A stretch of DNA of 64,000 bases from Savitreella phatthalungensis (taxonomy: Eukaryota): positions 186,001 through 250,000 of the forward strand of contig AP039703.1 of NCBI GenBank assembly GCA_051599415.1. The letters run 5' to 3'. The notes under the pieces were generated by a model. That model had not been told where the DNA came from and did not search any database. It saw nothing but the letters and a program-made list of their open reading frames with translations. Of the stretch, positions 46,445-56,597 are shown piece by piece. The stretch's first letter is position 1, and each line of letters starts with the position of its first letter. A program made the translations under genes and the position numbers.

Positions 46445-49126
46445 GATTGCGGGTCGATCAGGAAGCTGTTGAAGATGTCAAAGGTCGCGCGTGACTGAAT
46501 TTTGAGCAGCAGCTGATGTGCAAGAAGTGCGTGAGTGTCGCGATAGGGAGGATCGGGTGGGTAAGGATGATCAAGAAAGGGTGAAACAGGTGAAGGTTGT
46601 TGTTCGGCTTTTTGAGGTGTAGAGGTTGCGCTGGGTAGATATCTGATGATCCGGGCGAGTTGGTCAATTGGAAAATACTAGATGATGATGATGATGCGTC
46701 TCTGCGCGAGATTGAGATGGCTCTGAATGGCTCTGACTGGTTAGAGGGATGAGTGAGATGAGGATGAGAGGGATGGATGGATGATGATGTGTTTGTATGT
46801 ATGTATGTGAGTGAGATTGTACTTTGTGCTGTGTAGCCTGGTTAGTGAGTGAGTGAATGATGGATGATCTAGCTGGTCATGGTGGAGTTACAGCTCTCTG
46901 TTGGAAAGTAATTAAGCTAGACTGTAATGCTGTACAGTATATAATTAAGTATAGATACACTGTATGTGCAGTATGCAGGATGGATAAGGATTAATTAGTC
47001 TCTCTACTGGATAGATAGATCAAGTATACTACACGCAGTGAAGATCAAATGACAGTGACTAATTGATCTTTGCATGGTAGAATTCGAATGGTACTGCATA
47101 AGGTGGATGAATCACCAGTTTCTCTACTTTTCAATAAATCGGATCCGTTAAAGGACGGGATCAAAGCCAATTGCAAAGAAGATGTACTCCATAGACGAAT
47201 CCAGATAAGAAGATTCCTTTTCTGTCCTGCACCTGGAGTCGGCCATATATCGTTCAGCCCTGAATTCAATCCATGAAATTCAATCATAATTAATCCGGAG
47301 GAATTATAGTATAGATTCAGATCTGGCACGTAATCCTCAAGTATAGTATATGCAGTTCAGATTTAATTCAAAATTGGAATCCCTATGGAAATGTAGGTGA
47401 GTACGATTCGATCAAGAGCAGGCACTCTATGATCAAATCACTGATTCAGTTTCATACGAGTGATATGTGTGGTTCATTGTCATTGCAATAATTGACCGAA
47501 TCAGGTCATCCGTGCACATATATGTACGTGTATACATCATTTGCCCTGTAGAAGTCATTCATGCATGAGTATCCCATTGGCGGCGTAGATGTAGAGTACT
47601 GATCAACTCCAATACTGCATGGTAGCAGCTCAACCCACCACCTTCACAGCCCCGGACAGTCCAATTACGGAACCATGCCTATATGATGCCTCTTGTCCAC
47701 GCTGTTTTCCACGATTCCACGATTAAAGTCGATTGCTCAACTCTCATCAGATCGATCACTCCCTTATTCTTCGTGCTAATGGATCAAGCATTACAGTTCG
47801 TCTCCAGTAGAATGACCACAGCGTGCATACTCCGGATCAGACTCCTTGTACTGCAGCTGAGATGCGCTGATTGCGACATTCATCACGTGTCTAGCTTGTC
47901 CCTAGCTCTGCATCGACCCTTGCGAGTCCCTGATCATCGTGTCTCATTTGACCATTCTCCATTGTAGATTTCTCCCGGGGTGGACGTTTCATGTTTCATG
48001 TTGATGAGGGTGGCAAAAGAAGTTTCAGGTTGATTCCACAGAGCTGAAACACCACACTGCTGCGTCATCGCTTTGCCACCATGTTGACGACCACAGCCAT
48101 CATGACAAAATCCTCATTGTTGTCCAAGCGCATTCACACATTCTCCACGATCGTCCTCAACGACGATCGCCCGATCTGAAGTGGACTAGAGTCCATTCGC
48201 TAGCAATTGACTTCAGGTACCCAGGATCGATCTCTGTCACCATTCAACTGATTTACGTCAACCATTCTTCCGGTAATCGATCTGTGAGAGCACACGTGTG
48301 CTATCGTCGCTTCACGAAGGTCTAGGATTCTTTTGCCCGTGTATATGCTTTCACGCTTCCAGCTATCTCTTGGAGACTCCTTGCGCCAGCGGACCTATGA
48401 CATACTTGCTCACAGAGAATACGCTTACTGCAACAGCGATCGAGACTGCGATAATCCTGATCGTCTCCTCCAAGCGCTCTGGCAATGGCTGAATGCCGTG
48501 CAGCACATGCACTACTTTCGGTACCGAGTGAGACACTGCAATCGAGTCCATACTTTGAGCGACTTGAGCAGTCAACTGACTTGTCTAAAGAGAGGCTTGA
48601 CTTCTGACTTGACTTTTCCGCAGGTCTTAGCAAGCGCTTACCCCACGATCGACCGTAAGACGTCACTCTATTCCTGCTCCTGCCAATGCACAGATGTAAA
48701 CTCTCGCGCTGAATTTCAGATGTTCAGAGCTTGAGAACTGTGCAGCAAGAGCACCGTTGCTATGCGCGCCAAAATTCAACTGTTTTTTATTTGGTGGCTG
48801 GTATTGACAACCTGCTCCAGGACTGGGAGCACAGTCAAGCCCTCCGGTGCTCAAGCTCCAGTACCCAAGATCTGACAGACTGCCTCATCCACCTAAACGG
48901 GAACAATCATCAAAACACCTCATCCAGCTTATGCCGTTGGAGAGCTACATTGGCAATCGCATCCATGAGGAATGTAGGTGATGGTTCACCAGGACCATGA
49001 GCGATGACTGCGGGCCAGTCCAGGAGCAGTGGAAGCTCAGGGCTACGCATACGGCGGACCAACACCGTCCTCGTCATCGACAAGACAAATGATCATGTCT
49101 TCATCGCTCTCTAGAGAACGCTCTGC

Positions 49127-52100
49127 ATGTTCAACAATCACGCTTGGAACGAGCGGGCGTCATCGCCTGCTATTGTACAAGAGCCTGCGAGTAGACGTGG
49201 GTACGTGCCAGAAGTGGACTCGCCGAGATGCAACCTTTCGCGCTATGGCTTGGCACCTGAATCGCCGAGACCGAGCTCTATCAGGTCTTCTCACTCGCCG
49301 ACCAGGCCCATCTACACACCGCAGAGGCATAATACAGTCGAATCAGCCTTGCCCCGTCCTCCAGCGTTCCGATACACCCCAAAGCCATATGAGTCACCAA
49401 GACTGAACGTGAGTCGATTCGACTCGACACTTCCCCGACCGCTTCCTTCGCCTACCGCGAGCCGAACGAGTCTACATGATGTACAAATTCCAATATATGA
49501 CGACGCCTCCTCTGCTTATCAAGGCTATGATACAGTATCAATTGACGAGCAGACACTCGGCGGTCGTGAGTCTCCAGCATTGTCGAAGCTCGATTACTAT
49601 GCATCCACAGAAGAGCTCCCGCCGACAGCCTCAGAGGCTGGCACGGTCTCTGATGTCGAGCAAGCCTTTCTGCTCCGTCAGCAGCAGTCACTTCATCGAG
49701 GTGCGACCCGGAAAGTCAAACTCATCAACGGTGAGATCTTCTGCGCAGACTACGCAGTTCCTCAGCCTGTCGAGAACGCAGTCCAGCCAAAGTACAGAGA
49801 TCCAGAAGGCGGTTCACGCGAGTTTAGCCACCTCCGCTATACGCGCGCAACCTGCGATCCAAATGATTTCACCGTCCGAAACGGATACAACCTTCGTCCT
49901 GCCCTGTACGGCCGCCAGACTGAGCTGTTGATCGCAGTCACGTACTACAACGAGGACAAGGTCCTCACGGCGAGGACTTTGCACGGCATCATGGAAAACA
50001 TCAAAGACATCTGCAAAGATGTGCGATCGCAGTTCTGGAATCGGTCTGCACCTGCATGGCAGAACATCGTTGTTTGTCTCATCTTTGATGGAATCGAGCC
50101 GTGCGATAAGCAGACGCTTGATCTGCTTGCCACCATCGGAGTCTACCAGGACCAGGTCATGAAGGGCGAGCTCGACGGTCAACAGCCAACGGCCCACATC
50201 TTCGAGTACACCACTCAAGTGTCGATCAACGAGCGTATGCAGCTCGTGATCCCCTCACCGGACGACACCGATGCTTTGCCGCCCGTACAGTTCATTCTCT
50301 GCCTGAAACAGCGCAATGAGAAGAAGATCAATTCTCATCGATGGCTGTTCAATGCGTTTGGCAGAGTTCTCCAGCCGAACGTCGTCGTTCTCCTGGATGC
50401 CGGCACGAAACCGCGCAAGCGCTCAATCCTCCACCTCTGGCGAGCCTTCCACAATGACGCTGATCTCGGGGGCGCATGCGGAGAGATCCACGCGATGCTT
50501 GCGCGCGGCGGTCACAAGCTCCTGAATCCGCTTGTGGCGACGCAGAACTTCGAGTACAAGATGAGCAACATTCTGGACAAGCCACTGGAGAGCAGCTTTG
50601 GGTACGTCAGCGTATTACCGGGCGCCTTCAGTGCGTACCGCTACAGGGGTGTTCAGGGGAGACCGCTCGACCAGTACTTCCGCGGTGATCACTCGCTCGC
50701 AGGCAAGCTTGGCAACAAGGGCGTGGACGGTATGGGCATCTTCAAGAAGAATATGTTCCTTGCCGAGGATCGAATCCTGTGCTTCGAGCTTGTGGCCAAG
50801 GCTGGCGCGCGCTGGCGACTGACGTATGTCAAGGCTAGTCAGGCGGAGACGGACGTGCCCGAGGGTGCTGCAGAATTCATCTCGCAGCGTCGACGTTGGC
50901 TGAACGGCTCATTCGCAGCCTCTCTCTACAGCATGGTCCATTTCCCTCGAATGTACCGGTCATCTCACAACCCGCTTCGTATGCTGTTCTTTCACATCCA
51001 GCTCCTCTACAACCTGTTCTCGACCGTGTTCTCCTGGTTCGCGCTAGCAAATTTGTGGCTAACCTTCTCCGTCGTCATCTCCCTTACTGCGCAGCAGAGC
51101 CCATTCTTCGGAGCGAAGATGTGCAACAATGCGCACGAGCTCCAGCACGCGATGGGCAACGGCACAGTGCTCTGGGACGTCGCGACTGGAATCGTCACAG
51201 GACCGAGCACAGTGACACAGCTGGGTCACACGTACGCCAATCCTCTGCTCGGACAGTCCGTCAACGCTGTCTGCCCGACCGACATCCTCAACATGGCGCT
51301 CGAGTGGACCTATCTCGCCTTCCTCCTCGTCAGCTTCGTCCTCGCACTCGGTCAGCGCCCCAAGGGATCAGTCAAGACATACATGACCTCGTTCGCCGTC
51401 TTCGCCATCTGCCAGGTGTACCTGCTAGCTTGCAGTTTCTACCTGGCCGTTTCCGCACTCCTGAGACTGAAGGACTCGAGCTTCTCCAGCTTCCTGAGCC
51501 ACTTCTTCGCTCAGGGTCCTGGGCCTGCGAACGGGTTTGACCCATCTGCGGGTACCGGTGTGATTCTCGTGGCGCTATTCTCGACATTCGGTCTGTACAT
51601 ACTGGCGTCCGTGCTGTCAGCAGACGCCTGGCACATCCTCCACTCATTCCCACAGTACCTCCTCATCGCCCCTTCCTACATCAACATCCTCAACGTCTTC
51701 GCATTCTGCAACACCCACGACGTCTCCTGGGGCACCAAAGGCTCAGACGCAGACGCCGCGGCACACGCCATCGCAGCAGCGCTCCCATCACTCCACAAGG
51801 CCTCACCGACGGAGAAGTCCCAAGCAGCAGCATCAGAAATCGTCGAGGAACGCGCGAGGATTGACCAGGCTGAGATTGATGACGCGTTTGCAGCGACGGT
51901 GCGTCGCGCGCTTGGGACCTCGGGTGACCGACGTAAGGTCGATGGTCTGCGTGCGCCGGAAGATGGGTACAAGGCGTTCAGGACGCGGTTGATTGTGGCT
52001 TGGGTGTTCTCGAATCTGGCGGTGGTGCTGGCGTTTACAGACAATACGCTAGCTGCGACGCTCGGCTTTGTCGGCCTAGCCGCAGACGCCAGAGCCAGGG

Positions 52101-52240
52101 GTGGCGGCACCAGGACGCAGAGGTACTTCCAGGCTGTGCTCTGGGCAACAGCAGCGCTCTCTCTCGTCAGATTCCTAGGCTGTCTCTGGTTCCTAGGCAG
52201 GACAGCCGTTCGCAGGATCCCAGGTCTAGCAAGGCACTGA
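49127..52240 (+). CDS. Chitin synthase, class III-like (division 1)
   Basis: [75 protein letters not shown]...[26 protein letters not shown] matches the class III pattern. Confidence 0.93.
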   Translation: MFNNHAWNERASSPAIVQEPASRRGYVPEVDSPRCNLSRYGLAPESPRPSSIRSSHSPTRPIYTPQRHNTVESALPRPPAFRYTPKPYESPRLNVSRFDSTLPRPLPSPTASRTSLHDVQIPIYDDASSAYQGYDTVSIDEQTLGGRESPALSKLDYYASTEELPPTASEAGTVSDVEQAFLLRQQQSLHRGATRKVKLINGEIFCADYAVPQPVENAVQPKYRDPEGGSREFSHLRYTRATCDPNDFTVRNGYNLRPALYGRQTELLIAVTYYNEDKVLTARTLHGIMENIKDICKDVRSQFWNRSAPAWQNIVVCLIFDGIEPCDKQTLDLLATIGVYQDQVMKGELDGQQPTAHIFEYTTQVSINERMQLVIPSPDDTDALPPVQFILCLKQRNEKKINSHRWLFNAFGRVLQPNVVVLLDAGTKPRKRSILHLWRAFHNDADLGGACGEIHAMLARGGHKLLNPLVATQNFEYKMSNILDKPLESSFGYVSVLPGAFSAYRYRGVQGRPLDQYFRGDHSLAGKLGNKGVDGMGIFKKNMFLAEDRILCFELVAKAGARWRLTYVKASQAETDVPEGAAEFISQRRRWLNGSFAASLYSMVHFPRMYRSSHNPLRMLFFHIQLLYNLFSTVFSWFALANLWLTFSVVISLTAQQSPFFGAKMCNNAHELQHAMGNGTVLWDVATGIVTGPSTVTQLGHTYANPLLGQSVNAVCPTDILNMALEWTYLAFLLVSFVLALGQRPKGSVKTYMTSFAVFAICQVYLLACSFYLAVSALLRLKDSSFSSFLSHFFAQGPGPANGFDPSAGTGVILVALFSTFGLYILASVLSADAWHILHSFPQYLLIAPSYINILNVFAFCNTHDVSWGTKGSDADAAAHAIAAALPSLHKASPTEKSQAAASEIVEERARIDQAEIDDAFAATVRRALGTSGDRRKVDGLRAPEDGYKAFRTRLIVAWVFSNLAVVLAFTDNTLAATLGFVGLAADARARGGGTRTQRYFQAVLWATAALSLVRFLGCLWFLGRTAVRRIPGLARH

Positions 52241-52373
52241 AGACACATCACATGAAAATACCACCTAACATAGGTAAGCACTGAGGCTCGTTGAGTGATG
52301 TCATTAGAATTATTAGTCCGACAATTGCGCGGTGGATCATGCTAGAATGTGTGCTCTTTTACGCACAGGATGC

Positions 52374-53837
52374 TCAGGATAGAGCTGCGCTGTTGTCTGA
52401 TGACGGCTCGGCTGACGTAGCTGGTGTCTCGGGGGTTTCTTCGTCGTCTTCCGTGTCAGTTTGAGCTGCGGCTGGCCCGGTACTTGATTCGTGGTTGGAT
52501 TTTGCGCTGGCGGAAGCCCAAGGATGGTTGTATTCGAGGACAATTGCGTCGGTCAGGTCAGCTGCTTCAGTCAGATACGCCCGCGTATCCGGTGTGTCGC
52601 CATTGCTATTGAGAGTGGTGGTGAGGAGAGCCGCTCGCTCGCGAAGGAGGCTGACTAGTTGAGCGCGCGATCTGCCGTAGACGAGGAAGTTGACGACCTG
52701 TGGCGTGCTGTCGGGAAGTGCTGCAAGATCGGTTCCGTGATCGAGGTAGTTCTTGACAAGCGTGAGCTTCTCGCGATCGAGGCGTGCACGCTTGAGCCGT
52801 TGTAGGAGTGCTGCGATGTTGTCGACGTCGTCCTCATCTTCGTTATCAAGGCCATTGCGACGTCGTTCTTCCGCGGCAGCTTCGCCACGGAGGCCGCTAT
52901 TGATGCTCTGCGGGCCGGTTGGAGGCCCACGCAGGCTGGCAGAGAATGTGGTGGCATGATCGTCTGCGCGGGAAGTGTGAGATGTCTTGAGCGGCTTCCG
53001 ACGACGCTTCCGCAGCCACCGCCGCCGCCGCACAAATGAATGGTACCAGACGTGGTGACCATGCCAAGATCGAGACGAGAAGAGGATGCTGTATTCCCAT
53101 CCATTCTCGTCCTTGTCACCTGACATATCCACAAACCACTGTGGCCATGACCACTCCCACGTCGGGTCTGGTACCGTTGCATTGAAGATATTGACAGGTG
53201 AGTACTCCATATTGGCATGTGTCCAGGCGTGCGGGTCAGTAAACCACAAGGTATTACTCGAGAACAACGGAGCGCCGCACAGGAAGTTTCCGCGCTGATT
53301 CTCGTACAGGATGTCGACCACGACATCTGGCCCGTCTCGAAGCTTCCTGCGTGCGGTCCGGCGCTCTGTCTCAGATGGTGAGGTTCCGGCAGCACCTGAA
53401 GAGTCTGCGCCTGTCGCAATGACACTGCCCTCACGTGAGCCTGCTGCAGGCGGAATCGGCGTATTGCTCGCAGTGCGGGTGTGTTTGACGGTAGCCCCGT
53501 TTCCTGGCAACTGCGCGGGTGGAGGCACTCCCAGAATCTGATCTATCCGACGACTATCTGCGCTGTTGCGCAGATCAGGTGGAGAGGATGCTGTCGTCAC
53601 AGAAGCGCCCTTGCGCGCAGCCTGCTCGAATCGTCGCTGTCGCCTCCGTCTGCGCGCTGCCGCTGTCGATCGCCCTAATTCAGGATCTGATGATGAGCTA
53701 GAAGCATCATCAGACTCGTCATAATCCCCTTCGCTGTCGCTGCCGCCAATGCCACTGCCGCCTCGCCGTGTTCTGTCTTCGATCGTGATGACATGGCGGT
53801 CTAGACCTGTTTGCGTGCGCTGAAACGGCAAGCGCAT
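52374..53837 (-). CDS. Dysferlin/Pex24-domain sporulation protein Mug65/Spo73-like
   Basis: DILYENQRG...PLFS...DPHAWT, PDPTWEWSWPQWFVDM, DENGWEYS, FVRRRRWLRKR. Confidence 0.78.
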   Translation of the reverse strand: MRLPFQRTQTGLDRHVITIEDRTRRGGSGIGGSDSEGDYDESDDASSSSSDPELGRSTAAARRRRRQRRFEQAARKGASVTTASSPPDLRNSADSRRIDQILGVPPPAQLPGNGATVKHTRTASNTPIPPAAGSREGSVIATGADSSGAAGTSPSETERRTARRKLRDGPDVVVDILYENQRGNFLCGAPLFSSNTLWFTDPHAWTHANMEYSPVNIFNATVPDPTWEWSWPQWFVDMSGDKDENGWEYSILFSSRSWHGHHVWYHSFVRRRRWLRKRRRKPLKTSHTSRADDHATTFSASLRGPPTGPQSINSGLRGEAAAEERRRNGLDNEDEDDVDNIAALLQRLKRARLDREKLTLVKNYLDHGTDLAALPDSTPQVVNFLVYGRSRAQLVSLLRERAALLTTTLNSNGDTPDTRAYLTEAADLTDAIVLEYNHPWASASAKSNHESSTGPAAAQTDTEDDEETPETPATSAEPSSDNSAALS

Positions 53838-54209
53838 ACGGGAAGACCGTTTCTTTTCACTTGCAGATCCGTATGATTCACTTCATGGCTGCGTCTCAAG
53901 CAGTGACAGCTGTCTACCGGATCTTTTGAGAGAGTCAGATATGGGCTTTGACTGTTGAAAACCTCCTGATGTTGTGGTTGAGGATATGTGTATGAGAGTG
54001 TAACCGTTGCTTGTCACTGTTGCAAGAGCATGCATCATCGATCAAACTTAAAATATGCATCAGACATTTTTGTTCTGTCACGTGATTAGATGAATGACAT
54101 CGTATCTCATCCACTTCAACTCTACGACCCAACACACCTTCAAGACATCTACCTTATTCGAAGAAACAGTCGTGATAGAGTCAGTGAAACTCTCAGTGAG
54201 TCAAAAAGG

Positions 54210-54887
54210 ATGGCTTCGATGGGGAACACTGCAAAGCGCACGCTCACAGCTGCTGAACGCACACGATTATCACAGATGGTACGTGTGAATCAAGCTGGTG
54301 AGCTTGGCGCCAACCAAATCTACCGAGGACAGCACTTCATCCTCTCTCAAACGGATCCAGGAGTGAAGAAGACAATCGAGCACATGTGGTCACAAGAAGT
54401 TCGGCACTTGGATACATTCGACAAGCTGATCTCTCGCCATCAGGTCAGACCAACGGCAATGCGACCGTTGTGGGAAGCAGGGGCATTTATCATGGGCGCT
54501 GGCACGGCGTTGCTTGGGACGAAAGCTGCAATGGCATGCACGGAAGCAGTCGAGACTGTCATCGGCACACACTATAACGACCAGCTGAGAGAGCTCAGAG
54601 CTATGGCACAGGCACGGGGCATTGATCCTGCAGCGCCTGCAATCTCATCAACAGCAGCAGGAGCGGGGCAGGCCACACAGGATCCGAGTATTCGGATTGA
54701 GGAGGCCCTGGGGTCGGAAGTCGGTGCATTTGCAAGAACCGTCAGGGAGTTCCGAGACGACGAGCTCGAGCACTTGGATGAGGCAGTCGGTAATTGGGAC
54801 GCCAAAGGAGCACCGGCGTACCCTGTGCTCACACAAGTCATCAAGGGGATCTGTCGAGCGGCCATCAAAATCAGTGAGCGCGTTTGA
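54210..54887 (+). CDS. COQ7: 5-demethoxyubiquinone hydroxylase Coq7 (di-iron)
   Basis: [53 protein letters not shown]; start uncertain (an in-frame ATG also exists at 54090). Confidence 0.94.
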   Translation: MASMGNTAKRTLTAAERTRLSQMVRVNQAGELGANQIYRGQHFILSQTDPGVKKTIEHMWSQEVRHLDTFDKLISRHQVRPTAMRPLWEAGAFIMGAGTALLGTKAAMACTEAVETVIGTHYNDQLRELRAMAQARGIDPAAPAISSTAAGAGQATQDPSIRIEEALGSEVGAFARTVREFRDDELEHLDEAVGNWDAKGAPAYPVLTQVIKGICRAAIKISERV

Positions 54888-55062
54888 CGCCTCAAATCAT
54901 CTGCAACGTACATATCAAGAATATCAAGAGTATCAAGAGTAATGAAAGAGACATGTCATAAACAGCATCGAGTGTAAGGTGTAAAGGTGAAAGCGGAAAG
55001 AGGTCATTTCGTCATCGTTGGAGTGGTCGTGCGTGAGGGATGGCCAGCATACGTGAAGTTGG

Positions 55063-56244
55063 TCAATCGAACCTGAGCTTGAGTGCCTGCTTTGTACTGG
55101 ACAGGACCGGGCAGTAGGGACATTTGAGTTTGTGTGTGCCTCTGGCGAGCGAGTGCATGGCTTCTGCGCCGATGACGTGCCCACAAGCGAGCATGAATGC
55201 ATCCCCACCGACCTCCTTCGTCACCGGGCACACAAAGACAGAATGGAAGCGCAGATGAGAGGGAAGTGGGATGTCCAATCCAGGGCGTTCACCTGTGAAT
55301 TTGAGCGCAGAAAACTTGACGAGCGTCGGCAGCGCAATCACGGCAGCCTGAACAGTCGCAAGGAGTGGTGAAGTAGGCGTCATTCTCAACAGCCCTGTGA
55401 ACTCACTGATGAACTTGGTCTTGAGCTGCTGCTGCATCCGGCGCATGCTCGCAGGTGTGAACATCTGGCGGTACGGCGACGTGTCAATCGTGATTCGACC
55501 GCTTGTGGAGGAACCACTAAAGGCAAGAGAGCCCATCAGCTGAGCCACTTCCTTCGAGTGTCTACCAGCGAAGCGGGGGAAATTGTCGATCGCGTATTGC
55601 ATTGTGTCGAAGACATGGACAGTCCGGAACAGTCTGATGAACTGCTGTCGGTGAAGCTCGAACTCGAGGTTGGACTTCCGCTGAGCAAGCTCCTCTCGAT
55701 GCCGTTGCGCCCATGCAATCGCAGGTAGCAGATTCGCTTCTGGCCCGTCAAGCGCATTCACAATCTCATGAAGCTCTCTGAAAGCTGCAACAACCTGCGG
55801 ATCGACTTCTAGACCAGCTTCCTGAGAAAGCAAGTCTGCGAGGTCGAAGTGGCCTTGCCGAACAAATTCGACAGCGATTGCCTGGTTGATCTGATCGTGC
55901 ATCCCCTCGAAAGGCCGCGTACTGCTAGGGGAGGTCTCCGTTGCTGGAATCGCCGCGGCCGTCGCTAGATCTGGCGTTGTTTTGAAGCGCTTAGCGATCG
56001 CCTTGGAGTGCTTGAGCTGGACATTGTAGAGATCCTTCTGCTCATCAGCGACCCCGTTTTGAAATCGATCTATCAGAAAGCGAATGCGGTCGCTTGCATC
56101 TGAGCCATTGATCGCACCAGAAGCAACAAGCGACTGGATTTCGGCGATCCCCTGATCAAGCTTATCAACCAGGGAGAGTGTAGCGTTGCGCGCGTGACGA
56201 GATTCCAGCTTGGCTAACGTCGCAGCAACATCTGACAAGGACAT
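55063..56244 (-). CDS. RMD5: GID/CTLH complex RING ligase Rmd5/Gid2
   Basis: LisH/CTLH/CRA (AIAWA...SNLEFELHR) and degenerate RING FHSVFVCPVTKE...MLACGHVI...LKCPYCP. Confidence 0.9.
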   Translation of the reverse strand: MSLSDVAATLAKLESRHARNATLSLVDKLDQGIAEIQSLVASGAINGSDASDRIRFLIDRFQNGVADEQKDLYNVQLKHSKAIAKRFKTTPDLATAAAIPATETSPSSTRPFEGMHDQINQAIAVEFVRQGHFDLADLLSQEAGLEVDPQVVAAFRELHEIVNALDGPEANLLPAIAWAQRHREELAQRKSNLEFELHRQQFIRLFRTVHVFDTMQYAIDNFPRFAGRHSKEVAQLMGSLAFSGSSTSGRITIDTSPYRQMFTPASMRRMQQQLKTKFISEFTGLLRMTPTSPLLATVQAAVIALPTLVKFSALKFTGERPGLDIPLPSHLRFHSVFVCPVTKEVGGDAFMLACGHVIGAEAMHSLARGTHKLKCPYCPVLSSTKQALKLRFD

Positions 56245-56597
56245 GGCGAGCGCGCGTTGTCGCTGTCTGGACGTCGAATCGCCTTCTGCGCGACTGCCGC
56301 AGCACTCTCGACAGCCAACAATTCAAGGGAATATCCTGAAAGAGGAGATGTACTTGCTGGATGTTGGTCGAGGATGTTGGCCAGTTGTCTTGAGTGGAGG
56401 TTGCAATTAGTTTCATACACGTGAATTCACTACGTCAGGTAGAATTCACTTGATCATTCAAAGTGCAACGTCTACATCACACTACAAGACGAGTGTCAGT
56501 GCAAAGTAGACAGCAAGTCAAGTATTACATCACCTATCTATACCTTCTGTGACCCTACTCTCATCTTCAGAGTTTCCAGGCACTTTAGAGACATGCT

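Noticed and set aside
48333..48734. 133-aa ORF in the intergenic region upstream of chitin synthase
   Set aside because: No recognisable domain or clear splice structure; cannot be supported without homology or expression data.
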